Shown: positions 35,757 through 49,929, counted from the first letter of the stretch. The stretch: 64,000 bases of DNA from Haliotis cracherodii (GCF_022045235.1 NW_027266264.1:25172001-25236000); one strand, 5' to 3'. The notes: generated by a model not told the origin, from the sequence alone. Program-made: numbers and translations.

Positions 35757-35940
35757 AGTGAGTGAGTGAGTGAGTGAGTGAGTGAGTATGGTTTTACACC
35801 ACTTTTTAGCAATATTCCAGCAATATCAAGGCGGTGGATGCCAGAAATGGGCTTCACACATTGTACCCATGTCGGGAATCGAACCCGGGTCTTCGGCGTG
35901 ACAAGTGAACGCTTTAACGACTAGGATACCCGGCCGTCCC
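35757..35940 (-). mobile_element. SINE family A
   Basis: Full head and tail, TSD TAACTTAA. Confidence 0.92.
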
Positions 35941-36599
35941 GTAACTTAACCCTACTAATCAACGTGTTCGTAAATAGCAGTACATGGGCTAGGGGCGTGG
36001 TTGTAGTACTAGCGAGTAGGTTTTGAAGTTGTATATACAGTAAATAATGTGATAAAAGCGTACTAGCACAAGAAATTGTGGAAGCGCAACAACACAAATA
36101 AAACACGTGGACAGTCACGGTCTGCCACATTTCCAGACACTCTCGTGCCAGTGTTGCTCATCAAACTGTCAATGTCACGAGACGCCCTTGCGCTGCATGT
36201 CGTATACATGTCTTAGTCAGACAACACAAGAACACATATATTTGAGTACAAATATCCTGAGTATACGTCTGTGTTTTGACTGGCTAGATGTGTAGGTAGG
36301 TAGGTACTAGGTACCAGAGAGGTGTAGCAGTGAAGTAATCAATATTTGTGCGTTGAGACGAAATATATTGATCATTATTGATATGCGTTATATACTTCAT
36401 GAAAATACCTGCAAGAGATAGAACGGTATCGAAACCAAAACCTAACGCCCCCGACACACTGCCCGTGGACCATGAAATTTCTTCTTTCAGGGAAAGGTCG
36501 TCAAATTGTTATGAGCCATTAGTTTTTTTTATGTTCATTACCCACAGTTAACGTTTAAGCTTTCTTTTCTTGCTTTGATGCAGTATTTGTGATCAGATT

Positions 36600-37020
36600 G
36601 GAAATGCGTCGTCCACAACGTGATGAACGCACTGACAGCACTCAGCGAGAGGTAGTCAACGTGTTCAATGTGTCGCAGTTTGTGATTTACAGAATTTAAA
36701 ACAGGTTTCGGCAGACACAAAATGGTAATGGTCGGCCATGCACAGGGTGCCCTAGGTCAACAACGAAAGCCCAGGCTCAATTAATCAGAAACCAGCATTG
36801 AGAAGTCGAGTCCAAACAAAGTCAAATCGCCGTCACTTGCGTCAGGCCACCGGAGTTCAAGTAACTGACTGACCACGTCAGCCGAACTTGACCAGGCGCT
36901 GCAAGAGGACTGGACAACACTCCCTATGATTGTCAATGGGAGCTTGGTGGGTCAGACCATGCCAGGCCGTATACACGAATGTGTGACCAACCGTTGGTCC
37001 ATGACCCATTCTTGAGTCAT
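36600..37020 (+). mobile_element. Internally deleted Tc1-like relic
   Basis: TQREVVNVFNVSQFVIYRI*NRFRQT..GRPCTGCPRSTT (HTH and linker) joined to a C-terminal-like segment. Confidence 0.65.
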
Positions 37021-37090
37021 TCCAAACGTTCATTTTTGTACTTCTCACCCGTGCCGTCTTTCTTGGTTTTTGCACCCTCACAGTGTAACA

Positions 37091-37262
37091 GAGGCGGTCG
37101 GGTAGCCTAGTGGTTAAAACGTTCGCTCGTCACGCCGAAGACCAGGGTTCGATTCCCGACATGGGTACAAGGTCTGAAGTCCATTTCTGGTGTCCCCGCC
37201 GTGATGTTGCTTGAATATTGCTAAAAGCGGCGTAAAACCATAACACTCACACACTACACTCA
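37091..37262 (+). mobile_element. SINE family A
   Basis: A/B boxes and tail. Confidence 0.9.
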
Positions 37263-38007
37263 CATGTTCCGATGATTGGCATCACACACCTCGTCCCTCC
37301 TTGTTCTTAACCACCATTACCATCACTCGATGTTTCTGTTATCTTTTTTTCGAATATCCCTACCTATTTTGGAGAGTGTATAATTAGAAAACAACATCTT
37401 TACATGGATGTAGCACCAACGTAATAATGTATCAGCTAATCAGAGTGACATTAGATTATTATCTTGTTTCACGTTCATTTATTTGTAGTTCATAAAGATG
37501 ACCTTGCAACTTATTTGCCCGGGGGTCGTTGGTCATGTGTGTAGACAATAACAATGTTCGTCTAAGATGCTGCATCCATTATCTTTGAGATAACCACCTG
37601 TGTGAGAGAACATCTAGAGCCTTCAGTACTGTTATACACGTGTACTACTGTTCCTCGGACAAATCTTATCGTTACATACATCAGCGCTGTCAAGTGGACG
37701 GTACTTACCTGGGAACTACTAAAGTAGATAAAAGCTCGGGAGACCTTGAAGTTGTTTACTTGAACGTGGAACGATACGGAGATAAATCACCAACCTGCTT
37801 CACAGGACAATATGAATGACTAGTTTTGTTCATGGTACAACAAAAGTAATTGATTGCATTTGTCTTCAAGGGAAAATAAAAGCGACAAAAGTTTCCATAA
37901 TTGAAAGAAATCTCTGCAAAAACAATCTACTTATCGACTTGAAAGGAAAGTTGACTATTTAAAAGTAAGTTGTCCTTCATGTCATGGATAATTATTTTTG
38001 TGAATCT

Positions 38008-38286
38008 GGGGCACGGGTGGCCAAGTCGTCTAAGTCGCCGCGAATCGCTGTGTAGAGTTGCGTCCCTTGGACACGCCAGAAACCTATGATTGTGGGTTCG
38101 AATCTCGGTTCGCCCCGATTATATTTCTAGGTTTGCCAGCAGCATATCCGTGCTCGTGGGTTTTACCGAGGTGGTAAACGTCTGAGACCTGCATTACTTC
38201 TGGCTTTCCTCCCACATTAAGCTGACACGCCGTGATATAACTAGAATACTATTAAAAGCGGCGTTTAACCCAAGTCAGTCACGCAC
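38008..38286 (+). mobile_element. SINE family B, full length
   Basis: TSD TTTTGTRAATCT. Confidence 0.92.
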
Positions 38287-39256
38287 TTTTGTAAATCTGA
38301 ATCCTTTTGCATAGATCTAAATGTGAAATTGTTTTACTGGCCTCTCTTATTTCTAGATCAGGTATGTAACCAGTATATAATCAGTGGAAGGAATTGGCTA
38401 TTTGGCCGTCATTGAACTAAATACCTAGACTTCAACTCTTTGCCAAATCCCCTCCCAATGATTTTGCCAAACCGAGCAGAAATCCCGACACACGGTAGAA
38501 AGACAGAAAAAAACAGGTCAACAAGGATGGGAGCACAATTGGTTTCCAATGGGGATGTCTACTTGTTGCCGAAATGTCATATATCCAATTTGCACATAAG
38601 GTTTATCAAAGAGGAAGATTTTCACATTGTTACAGTAAACTTCAGATATCAATTGCTGTAATTTGTGACCAATTGCCAGAGCCTTTGAAGACAGAGATGA
38701 AACTATATCTAAAACCACCACGTTTAGTGGCAATTGCCACATGGACCAAGGAGTCACGTCTGTCATGTGGGATAATGATGTGGATCGTTTTTAGAATTCA
38801 CATGAAATTACTTCGACTTTCTGTGCATATAAAAAAGTTCTTCCTTGATTGTTTCAAAGATTATGATTAATCCTGTAACAGGGATTTGGTGGTAAATTTG
38901 CTGGACCGAGCAAGATATACCTCTTTGTACGGATTTTTATGGAACTGTGGAATCCCGAAACAAAAAGGGAATGGACATAAATTCGTGTTTTTAAGTCAAG
39001 CCAAACAGTGATAATACTGATTGTCAGATTCCAGCTGATGGCATTGTTATCTAAGGCTATGTCTGTGGGAACAGCTACAATCCTTTTATGTAGGGCAGCT
39101 TGGATGACAGCTGGCTGGAACAGTATGGGTTACAGTTTATTCCAATTCTGTTTCTTCTTTTTCGGTTTCTATATTCTAACAAAGACAACATCACGCACTG
39201 AAATGAGCCAATCTGAAAGACATTCCTCAGGCACTTCTCTGTTGGCCTTTTTATGT

Positions 39257-39524
39257 TGGTTGGTTGGTTTGTTGTTTAACGCTACACACAGCAATTAACC
39301 GGCTATATGACGGCGCTCGGTAAATAATCGAGTCTAGACCAGACAATCCAGGGATTAACATCATGAGCATCGACCTACAGAATTGGGATACGATGACGTG
39401 CATCAACAAAGTCAGCGAGCCTGACCACCCGATCCCGTTTGTCACCTCTTACGACAAGCATGGTCGCCTTTTACGGCAAGCATGGGTTGCTGAAGATCTA
39501 TTCTACCCCGGATCTTCACGGGTC
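39257..39524 (-). mobile_element. Retroposon family C, full length
   Basis: 12-bp TSD GCCTTTTTATGT 39245-39256/39525-39536 directly abutting the GACCCGTG 5' end. Confidence 0.92.
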
Positions 39525-39756
39525 GCCTTTTTATGTATGCGCTTCGTCAGCATCCATAATGAGTATAGCGCTGTGATCCAAATGGTAGCAGGTTGTTCAC
39601 AGTTTTTTAGGCCTTATAAAGAACTGGCGTAGGTCATTATGGACAATGTAGACGATACCTGTGATTGTATGATCAATATGATGGTAACAGTATGAGTCCT
39701 GGTATCACAAAGTAGTGGAGTTTACATTATGAGCGGCCATGCTCTACTTGGGTGAG

Positions 39757-39930
39757 GGGGCGGTTGGGTAGCCTAGTGGTTAAAGCGTTCGCTCGTCACA
39801 CCGAAGACCCGGGTTCGATTCCCGACATGGGTACAATGTATGAAGCCCATTTCTGGTGTCCCCCGTCTCTATATTGCTGGAATATTGCTAAAAGCGGTGT
39901 AAAACCGTACTCACTCACTCATTCACTCAC
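39757..39930 (+). mobile_element. SINE family A
   Basis: TSD CTTGGGTGAG. Confidence 0.92.
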
Positions 39931-40271
39931 TGCTTGGGTGAGATTGGTGCCAGTGGGAACATTTAACTGTTGGTGGTAACTGAGACGTGAAGGTTTCTGA
40001 GACATAAAGCTTCCATGCAAATACTCTGCAAACTAAGTACTACGACAGTCGCGATGGTAAATCCAAGATCAGGCTGTGATTGTGGGAAGCATGTGAATAG
40101 GGTATAAATGCACCCAGCACAAGTCAACTCCAAGACAAGACACTCCATGTCAACAGAAAATGCTATGCGAAAGTGTGGATAACATGATGCAAATGTACCT
40201 CATACAACCATGACAACTGTATCCGATGGAAACACTAAGTCTTAGTTTGTTATGAGCAAATGTTGGCATTA

Positions 40272-40638
40272 TGAGGTGAGGTGAGGTGAGGTGAGGTGAG
40301 GTGAAATGGGGTTTACTGTCGCGTCCAAGATTACTGCAATTTATATAGCGACGTGCATGCACGTGTGTGTTTGTGTGGCTGCTTGTACTAGTCCGGACTG
40401 ATGCCGATTTATAGTGCTGAGATACCATGCCACAGTTTAACATGAATACCCCACTCAGACACAGTATACTGACTCCGAGACGACCAGTCCTTGTTTTAGC
40501 CCCTTAATGCCGAGCGCCAGACAGGGTAACAACAAGTACCAACTGTTAACGTCTTTTTGTATGACGCGGACGGGGATCAAACCCCAGACCTTCCACTCTC
40601 TGGGCAGACGCTCTACCACTAGACCACGGAGGCGGTCG
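40272..40638 (-). mobile_element. SINE family D (tRNA head, Meta-domain-like body, (CCTCA)n tail)
   Basis: Head GTGGTCTAGTGGTAGAGCG..GGTTTGATCCCC then GTCATACAAAAAGAC..GGTACTTG..TGGCGCTCGGCATTAAGGG, resembling the MetaSINE domain as recalled. Confidence 0.75.
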
Positions 40639-42797
40639 TTGGCATGATGATGTAAATGTGTATCGTACAATCGCGACGAGCGGATCCGATGGTAAAACAT
40701 AGTCTTAGGTTTTTTATGCGAAATTATGGGTAATATAGTGTAAATGTGCATGGCACGTCAGCGACATCTGGTTCGGATGGAACCACCTTCTCTTGGTTTA
40801 TTTCGTCAACTTTGTTTGCTGAACTCAGTAAAACAACGTGTTAGTTTGTACCTCAACAACGACAGTCGCACCAACGGTAATAGTCTCGGTCTCTGACGTC
40901 AATTAAACGACAGTCGGATCGGATAGTGACATAAAGTGCATTAATTCCTTTGTAATTGTGTGGATAACACGTGAACAGAGTATAAATGGGCGTTGTGTCT
41001 GAAACTGTGTTTAAAAGTCAGATGTTATTTCTTTATACTTTCCCCTCACATCAAACTGACATATGTCTGGAAACGGCTTAAACACTCGCTCACTCATGCA
41101 CTCACTCACTCACTCACTCACTCACTCAACGTCATAGTTTACACCAGCAGTACAACAATTAGATGTATCATGTGTCAGACTAGGACACATCTAATGTTCC
41201 CTCGTATAGATAATCAATGTCCTTAATGACTCAGATAACCTGTTTCTCGTCCCGCTCAACAGAACATCTTAACGCTGTCACGATAGTTGGTCCTAAATCT
41301 TTAAGTTTGTGGAACGGTGCCAAGTATATATAAGTCATATGAGGCTATCAACGCCTGATCTAGTCAGACATGTGTATACCACAAACACTGACTCGACAAC
41401 CTGTATACGAAGTGATTATTTTCCAACCTTGACCAGACATGTATGTATATGCGGTGTAGAAATACCGCGAGACTATATTACGCTAATTTTAATATCTTTC
41501 GAGGTACATTCCAAACTATTTTGGACGAGGCCAAAAGTTACATTAGTTAGGTCAAAGTAAGACGTCATGACATCATGAAAAAGAACGTCGTGACGTCAAT
41601 GCGGGCAAAAACTGTCTATCTTTCAAAATACAACATATGTTACGAGCTTTTAAAAAAACGTATATATACTCACCGCCAAAATAAAGGCGGAACATAGAAA
41701 TGAATAGAAAAGTATGTACGTTAAGAAGATATGTTTCCAATGTGTAAAACTTACAATCAGTCAAGTGTTACCACAGCGTGTCTTTTCTTATCACGATATG
41801 ATGCACGTGATTTCCAAAGTTTACACGCTAATCCTGCACGAGACAAATGGTGCATCACGAGTTATGGATCTGTGACGTCACATGTGATGCGTTCATGAGC
41901 GTCGATTCTCGCAACATACCAGGATGTTCGTTTGTACGTCGAATCAATCAAATATATCTTGAATATCTTCATATATTAACACAGATGTATGGTATTCGCG
42001 TTTCTTTTGTCGATGAGTATATATATTCAGATACATATATTATACAGGGCTGAATGCCAATATACTCGGCACGAAGGGCATTGTCACGTGTATGAAGAAG
42101 TCACGTGCAATATCAAGATAATCAATCACTGATATATCAGCCTGTGCAAATATTGGTATCTCTCACAGTTAGGTCCATGAAGGCGGTCATGTTTGCACAA
42201 CCTTGAGCGAACAATGTCTCTAAAGAATATATGAAAACTTGCCCAGTCGTATGCCAGGTAAAAGAGGCCATGGTGGCCTTCACCTTTCTTCCCGTTTTAA
42301 TCTATTAGCATAGTTACAGTGTGGTAGCTGTATGTCAACAGCTGCAGTTACAGAAATTCGCAAACAACACATGACTAGGTAACACACGCCGGCGAGAATT
42401 ATTACAGCTGTTTCAGGCTGTTCTTACCTTGTAAATGTTATTTTTTCAAATGCATACGTACCATTTTGTAAAACAGAAAATGAATTATTAATACCCGTAT
42501 TCGATATGTCATAGATATGAATATAATAATATATGTCATAGATATGAATATGATAATATGTAACTGACGTCTGAGTCATCTGGCCATCAGGCCCAAACAG
42601 ACATGACTGTCCCTCTGAAATGGTCATGTTATTTCAATGTGCCTCAGTCACGCCTGGTGTCAGTTTAGACAGTCTATGAATGATCCCTCAAAACTGACGC
42701 TACACCTGCAAACTGTGTCAAATGTATATTGGACATGTGCCAGAGACAGATTTCAAATATACATGCAGGATATTCTTACTTTCTTGCGAACTCCATC

Positions 42798-43012
42798 GGT
42801 GGCACGGGTGGCCCAGTCGCGCCAGGCACTACACTTCGCTGGGTCCGAGTTTGTTTCTAGGTTTGTCAGCACCATAGCCGTGCTCGTCGGTGTCACCAAA
42901 GTCGTAAACGTCTGAGAGTTGCGCCATTTCTGGCTTCCTCCCACATTAAGCTGATTAGCCCTGATATAACCGGAATACTGTTAACAGTGGTGTTAAACCA
43001 AACTCACTCACT
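42798..43012 (+). mobile_element. SINE family B, internally deleted
   Basis: Head, body and tail match; B-box segment missing. Confidence 0.82.
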
Positions 43013-43149
43013 GACTAAATCCATACGTGCAATGAAAATATAATCTTATCGGCACAAGAAGGAGAATAGTTGTATTGATCTATGTTAGGGTTTTACTCGG
43101 TCAAAAACATGGTAAAAAACAAAGGGCACAAATCAGGTAACGTTGGGCA

Positions 43150-43412
43150 ACGTTGGTTGCTGAGTCCATGGCTTGGTGACCGTGTTTAGCAGCCAGGTTC
43201 CTGAGAGATTCTACCACACTGAAGCAAATATAGCACGTTGGATGTCTCCGTGAGCAAGTGAAAAATATGCCCGTCCCATGTTCAGCAATAAATGGTTACC
43301 CGGTAGGATGAGAATGTAGTGTCACTGTTAAGCATCTAGGCCCTCGCATGCAACTTGGGTTGTATATTCCCAAGAAATCTAAGAATGAAAACTTCAGTGC
43401 ACACTGATCCAT
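43150..43412 (+). mobile_element. Old SINE-like repeat (family E); related fragment at about 29150-29290
   Basis: Shared ATACTCCCCAGGGAGCTGAGAATGAAAA..CACTGATCCATT-like segment between the two loci. Confidence 0.5.
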
Positions 43413-43429
43413 TTACATATTAAAATAAA

Positions 43430-45015
43430 TAAATGGAGCAAAGAGGGTTTGGGTGATCCTGGCACAGTCAGGCTGATTAGGCTCATCACTACTCAGGGCC
43501 CTTAAGCTTGCCTCCTCTACACGCAGCCCAGACAGCGAATGGGACTTCTCCCAGAAAGCGCTGCTCAGTCGAACCCACTCAGACCTTTTGGGAGAATATG
43601 AAGACTCCCCAACACTCCAGCCTTCTGCATTATCCAGATTGTCAGAAGGGCTGTTATTCCTGGTAGCAAACCCGGGTACTCTCCCAATTTCAGTCAACAG
43701 ATTGGGAGGTACCAAAACCTTAAGCATCGAGAACAATTGGGAGTCGGGCATGCAAGCGTGGGCTGCAAGCGCTACCTTGTCAATCACACTAGTGTCAAAA
43801 GGGACAGAAAATTCAATCATATAAATGATTCCATTGGATTTTTCAAAAAGGACAAGATTAGGTGTGTTGGCCTGGATACGTCTGAGGCAGTATACGGAAC
43901 TATTCCAAAAAGAATTATATTTATCATTTTCGATGATGCTCTTTACATCCTGGGTCGTAACATTGATGGACCTCAAAACCACAAGCATTGCGAAGACGGT
44001 AATAACAGGATCGAGCCAATCGGTCATGTCGCTTAAGATACTGGGTTTGTGCTAAAGCTGGGCATCCGCTGACGATACGTTGGACAGTCATAGCATAATC
44101 TACATTTCATATCTACATTTGATGCAAAATCAAACATAGACGGTTGGAAGTGACTGGTCCTGAGCAGCAAACAGGAAGCCTTTCGTTTCACTTTTCAGGC
44201 CAACCGACTTCATCCAAGCGAAGGACTCTGTGGGGCTGCTGCCCTTCTCAACACACTGCACATGAATCCGATGCAGTGGTCGTTCAGGTAGCCTCTCCTT
44301 GGAAAACTGTGTTGATTTGATATGTCACTCCGCTTGGCTGACACTCATTTCTGTACCATCCAGCAGTACAGAACCATCAACAAAATCAACATTGATATTG
44401 AGATTATGCACCTTGGCTCTTTTAAGAACACTTTGGAATGCCTTGTTTTCATAATGAGTCTCGACATGCTTCATAAGTGGGTCATCAGACACAAATGTAT
44501 GCAAACGTGCATAATGCAATTCTGTCATGAACAGCCTCCATGTTAATCAAACCATGTCCTTCCATAATAATTGGTAAATATAAGCGATTGAGGGAAGAGC
44601 GAGGGTGGTGGGATCTATTGCTTGACATGATTGTTCGTGTTAGGGTGTCAATACCCTGAATTTCTTGTTTCGTACAATCAACAACACCAAAATGATACGA
44701 AAGGACGGCTAAAGAATTATCAGCAACATTGAAATTTAGATTATGTAACAAATGTTATTTTGGGGATAAAACTTACCTAGTAAAGTACAGATTCTAGTAC
44801 ATTTTTGTGTTGAGTCCCATCCGGCCAGGAGTGAGGCCTCCTGGCATGTGGGTTCGAATCCCGGATGAGACTTAACCTGAAACAGTACTAGAATCTGTAC
44901 TTTACTAAAAAAGTGTCATCCCAAACATAGCATTTGTTACATTTGACCACTTTCTAAATGGCATTGTGTGTCCATTAAGATTATGTCCCACATACTTGGC
45001 TCGTTGAAGAAAAAC
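43430..45015 (-). mobile_element. Decayed restriction-like-endonuclease LINE (R4/Dong-like), 3' part
   Basis: HHPRSSLNRLYLP..GHGL, KSETKGFLFAAQDQSLPT, FWNSSVYCLRRIQANTPNLVLFEK..IEFSVPFD (PD..D-type RLE region); frameshifted. Confidence 0.82.
44743..44977. mobile_element. Foldback insertion with tRNA-like centre inside the LINE
   Basis: 82-bp inverted arms 44743-44824/44861-44942; centre contains GGTTCGAATCC; flanking duplication AGATTATGT. Confidence 0.75.
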
Positions 45016-45931
45016 TCTGGAATGCCTTGTTTTCATCATGAGTCTTGACATGCTTAACAAGACGATCAGTAGTAGATGATGATGATGGAATTCGAGTAAC
45101 CGAGTTGTGACTGGTGGAAAATTTATCTTTTCAAAATGTATCTAAATCTAATCCACCATGAATTAGAACATATTTACATATTACCACAGTGATCATCAGA
45201 AGAATAGGTGTGACATGATGTGTGATGGAAACACATTTGAAAGTGTAGGTATTTTGCTTTGTGTGTGGTGGATGAAATAAATGTAAAGCACTTTAGCGTG
45301 AAATATGAGCGTATATAATCCTTGGGTCACGCGTGATCATATACTCACGTGTTGTCAATCTCTGGGAGGTCTTGACCTTCTAATGAATGCGAATGGTTGC
45401 TTGAGGGCAGATTAACGCCCTGGAAGCATATCTGTCTAGCGCTGCTGATATAATTCTATGTGACAGTCACCATGACTGATTGTTTGACAATGCAAACAGT
45501 TTTATAGGTCCATACAATTAAAATAAAACAACGTGTCACTTATTTTCCATGATTCAAATTGTTTCTTGAAAAATTAAAGTTGAATCGTGTAATCAATGTC
45601 AAGAAAATATAACACGATATTTCATTACGTCATATGGTTGTAAAATTACTTTATATATTTTTTTAATATTTTATACATTTATATTTCCCCGCGTGTCAGT
45701 GGGAAGAATGTGACGCTAAGCGCAGTCCCACGGGCACGATTATTGTGTCAAACAACAATTAATTTAAATGATAATGGTCCGGGTGAATATGGAATTTGAA
45801 CCCTAACTCGACTTTACACAAATGAGCAGAAGGTTCTATTCCACAATACGATCTTAAGGCTGCGTCCTAAGTCAGTGTTAAGTAGGGACTTAAGATCGCT
45901 CTTCTGGACCAAAGCTATGGACTGCAGACAT

Positions 45932-46042
45932 AGAGGTTGTCCCGCGAGTGTGTTTGGGGATGGTAAATATTCTGTATATAGTGTTTATTACTAATGCATC
46001 CATAACGTTACCATCCCAAAACACACGAGCGCGATAACATCT
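45932..46042. mobile_element. Small palindromic MITE-like element
   Basis: 35-bp imperfect inverted arms (..GTGTGTTT.GGGATGGTAA). Confidence 0.65.
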
Positions 46043-46877
46043 TTATGATATCATGACATTCTTCAATTCTGTGATCGTAAAATCGTATCAAATCTCTCAC
46101 GAACATCACCAAAATATTGCTGGTTTTCCTGGAAGGTGCGCATTAATATATATGACGTCAGAAGGTGGGTGATGTGTCAGTCGGACAGTTACAACGGCCA
46201 ATGTAGTTCAAACTCAAACCTGTTTTTTTATGCAGTGGCGTAACTACATATAGGCGAAACAATAATTGACTTCACAAATTATTTCTACTTGCCTTTCGCG
46301 GCAATCCATCGGCCTGTGGGCTTGAGCAACTGACCTTTATCAAAGGGAAGTTACTCTAACCCTAGTCTATGAGACGTCACGTTTGTTAAGAGCCTGCCTG
46401 TCCTGTCATATCGTTACGAAGTGCAGCCAGAGTACACACAGCAAGACGAAACACGTTAACAATTCGGACATATTTCGGCCAAATCCAACTGTTTTAATTT
46501 GTTGAAAAGGTTCTAAGCCTCATAGGTCTGCAAGCACAGACACTGATTTTCCGTATATTTGACTATTCTTTTGATGATGATAACAATTATCCCAGTAGTT
46601 TGTCCAGATCGCAGATGGTTAATTCTGACTCGATCGCTGAATGACAAGGGCGACGCCATGTTTGTTTGTAAACACTGAAAGTAGTCCCAATTTGAACTTG
46701 GTATTTGCATCTCTATCCGCATTTGACACCAGCGGATGTCGTTTTTATTCGTTGGCTTTATCCTGACGAGAAACCTATTTATTATATTATATATTTATTA
46801 TAATATTATAAGTCGACTGTGTGTATAAATTACATTTTTCAATACAAACACAATGTATATTGAGGATCAACTGATAA

Positions 46878-47850
46878 ACTCACTCACTAGCTGTCACTGG
46901 CTAGCCTAGTCTCATTCACAGCTGCCACTGGCTAATCCGGCCTCGCCCATTAGCCACCACTGGCTAATCTGGCTTCATTCACTAGCTGCCACTGGCTAAC
47001 CTGGCCTCGCTTACAGGCTGTCACCTACTTATCTGGCCTCACACACTACCTTCCACTGGCTAATCTGGCCTCATTCACTACCTTCCACTGGCTAATCTGG
47101 CCTCATTCACTACCTTCCACTGGCTAATCTGGCCTCATTCACTACCTTCCACTGGCTAATCTGGCCTCAGTCACTACCTTCCACTGGCTAATCTGGCCTC
47201 GCTTACCAGCTGCCACTGGCTAGCTAATCTGGCCTCATTCACTACCTTCCACTGGCTAATCTGGCCTCGCTTACCAGCTGCCACTGGCTAGCTAATCTGG
47301 CCTCATTCACTACCTTCCACTGGCTAATCTGGCCTCGCTTACCAGCTGCCACTGGCTAGCTAATCTGGCCTTACACACTATCTGCCTCTGACTTGTGTGG
47401 TTGACTCACACTATAGCTTCTACTGGCTAGTCTGGTTGACTCACACACTAGCTTCTACTGGCTAGTCTGGTTGACTCACACACTAGCTTCCACTGGCTAG
47501 TCTGGTTGACTCACACTATAGCTTCTACTGGCTAGTCTTGTTGACTCACACACTAGCTTCCACTGGCTAGTCTGGTTGACTCACACACTAGCTTCCACTG
47601 GCTAGTCTGGTTGACTCACACACTATCTTCTACTGGCTAGTCTTGTTGTCTCACACACTAGCTTCTACTGGCTAGTCTGGTTGACTCACACTATAGCTTC
47701 TACTGGCTAGTCTGACTGACTCACACACTAGCTTCCACTGACTTGTCTGGTTGACTCACACACTAGCTTCCACTGACTTGTCTGGTTGACTCACACACGA
47801 GCTTCCACTGGCTAGTCTAGTTGACGCACTCACTAGCTTCCACTGACTCT
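46878..47850. repeat. Compound minisatellite: 32-bp unit switching to a 35-bp unit at about 47390
   Basis: CTGGCTAATCTGGCCTCATTCACTACCTTCCA then CTGGCTAGTCTGGTTGACTCACACACTAGCTTCTA. Confidence 0.95.
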
Positions 47851-49929
47851 CAGGTGCATCTTAATGTACTTTGATGCACGTGTGTGCAATGTATGTACAA
47901 TGCACCTGTTTACACTCCGGCACACGTGTTTCACCTTTGCACGAGTTTACCGCATGGTCACACATAGTTTTTTAAGTCCTTGAGACAGATTTTTTTTCAT
48001 TTTCTTAAATAATTGCTTTGACGTCACTAACTTGTCACATAATGTGATAGATATACACAGGGTCAGTTAAAGTGTTAACGTATTCGGGTTTACACGCTGT
48101 CAACTCGTTCAGCTACTTGTCGTCCTCTAAAACAACACAGCAACGGTGCATGAAAAACGACGATGTGGTGACTGATACTTCCGCCCATGGAACATCTGTT
48201 TATTTTAAAGTGACTGGCGGTTTGAAATTTTATTTCATCCTTGTAAATCCCTAATGACATGACGATGACAGCATAGGTGATGTAGGTATGCGTAAAATTC
48301 ATTTGCTATGTTTAACATCTATAAAATGAGATAGGTATTTCATGTGCTGATAGCGGGCTCTAGGAGGTTTGACGATATGAACTGGACCCGAGATGGAACT
48401 ACAATGTAAATTTTGTTTATGACGAGTTCACGCGTTTCAAGACGCGTTTCAAGAAGCTTTCTCTGAACATAGGTGTATTTTACCTTCGGACTCGAAGTAC
48501 GGAGGCTAAACGTGTCAACTAGGTCGCGCTCTTGGAGTTAACACTGCAAGCCTGACCCTCCACCAGTTTACCAAACCTGAGCGTGGTTAGCAAGTCTGCA
48601 ACTCGTTAACGGTACCCGGGATGTTATAAGACAGTTACCCGGTACCCGGAGACGATATCAACCCACCAAACACTGGCAGTCCTAACACCGCCAGTTAGTA
48701 GAATCGTTTGCACGAACTACAGGTAACAAAGCCTTAAGGGGCTAACCATGGTCCGACTGGCAAGCAGTTACTTATAAAGGTATCATACAGTTGCGGAAAA
48801 AATCGTTTATACACAATTGGTAAATGATAACCTTACGATTTAGCTGTCTAGATTGCAGGACAATTACATGACGAGTAATAATTATATGTGTTACGTGCGT
48901 CAGCAGCGGAATGTTCTGGATTGTGAAAGGTGAATGGGTTTGTATACAGTACGAAACCTATGACATTGTTAACGATGTACACAAACGTCCAGCTCGTAAT
49001 AATTCCGTAATCCAGGCTTTTGTCACAGAGTTTTTCTTACAGAGAGAAGGGTCATTATCAAGGAAAGGTTATTTCTAAACGAATGATACGAGGTCATCCT
49101 GTCCTAGTCATCTGGAGCCGCTGACTGGCTTGGGTGACACAGATATGTGTTTCTGTACATTTGGCACTGTCAACCTTCTTGTAAAACTGGATATGTATAG
49201 ACAATCTGACACCTGAAACAGTGTCTGTACATACCAAATGTTGATGCAATTTTGCATTTTTTTAATGTTTTAATATTTATTTTTAGTATGCATATAGATG
49301 TATACATACTATGTGGATTCCCCCCCCCCCCCCCTTTGGCGTGTCTGAAACCTATGATACAGCGTTCGAATCCCAAATTCGCTCTGATTTGGTCACTAAA
49401 GTACTCATGGAAATGAAAAAAAAACACAGTTTTGCTGGATTTAATAATCGACACAAAGCATTACGTAGATGTAAATGCGAAATAACAAAACAACTTGAAA
49501 AGTACTCGTCTGGATTTGCTAGTTTTATCTCAGTGCTCAATACAAAATGTTACTTTTACGTTCTGATATTTTGACGATGATTCACTATCCCACAATACCA
49601 CTCACAAATCACTAACCACTGACAAATCACATGCAAGTGGGTTTCAAGCACCTGTTTTCACCTGTCGTCAAGGTGTCATAGGTCATGGACATTCACCTTG
49701 ATCTACTAACACCTGGTTATGCTCAGTTTCAAAATAGTCTGTTTTGTTCATATTTTTACACACTTTTACGTGTAAAAAGACATAAAAAACCTTTGATACC
49801 CTGTATTTGTGCCAAGGCCCAATTAGTACTAATTGAGTTGTTTGAATATTTATATATTTTGTATATTAACTGCATTTATTCAAATTCTGAGATCGAAAAA
49901 ACAGGGTTTTTTTCATTTCCGTGAGTACT

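Noticed and set aside
38340-39250. Coding-like stretch with overlapping short ORFs
   Set aside because: Could be a decayed gene or TE, but I cannot assign a family; needs BLASTX
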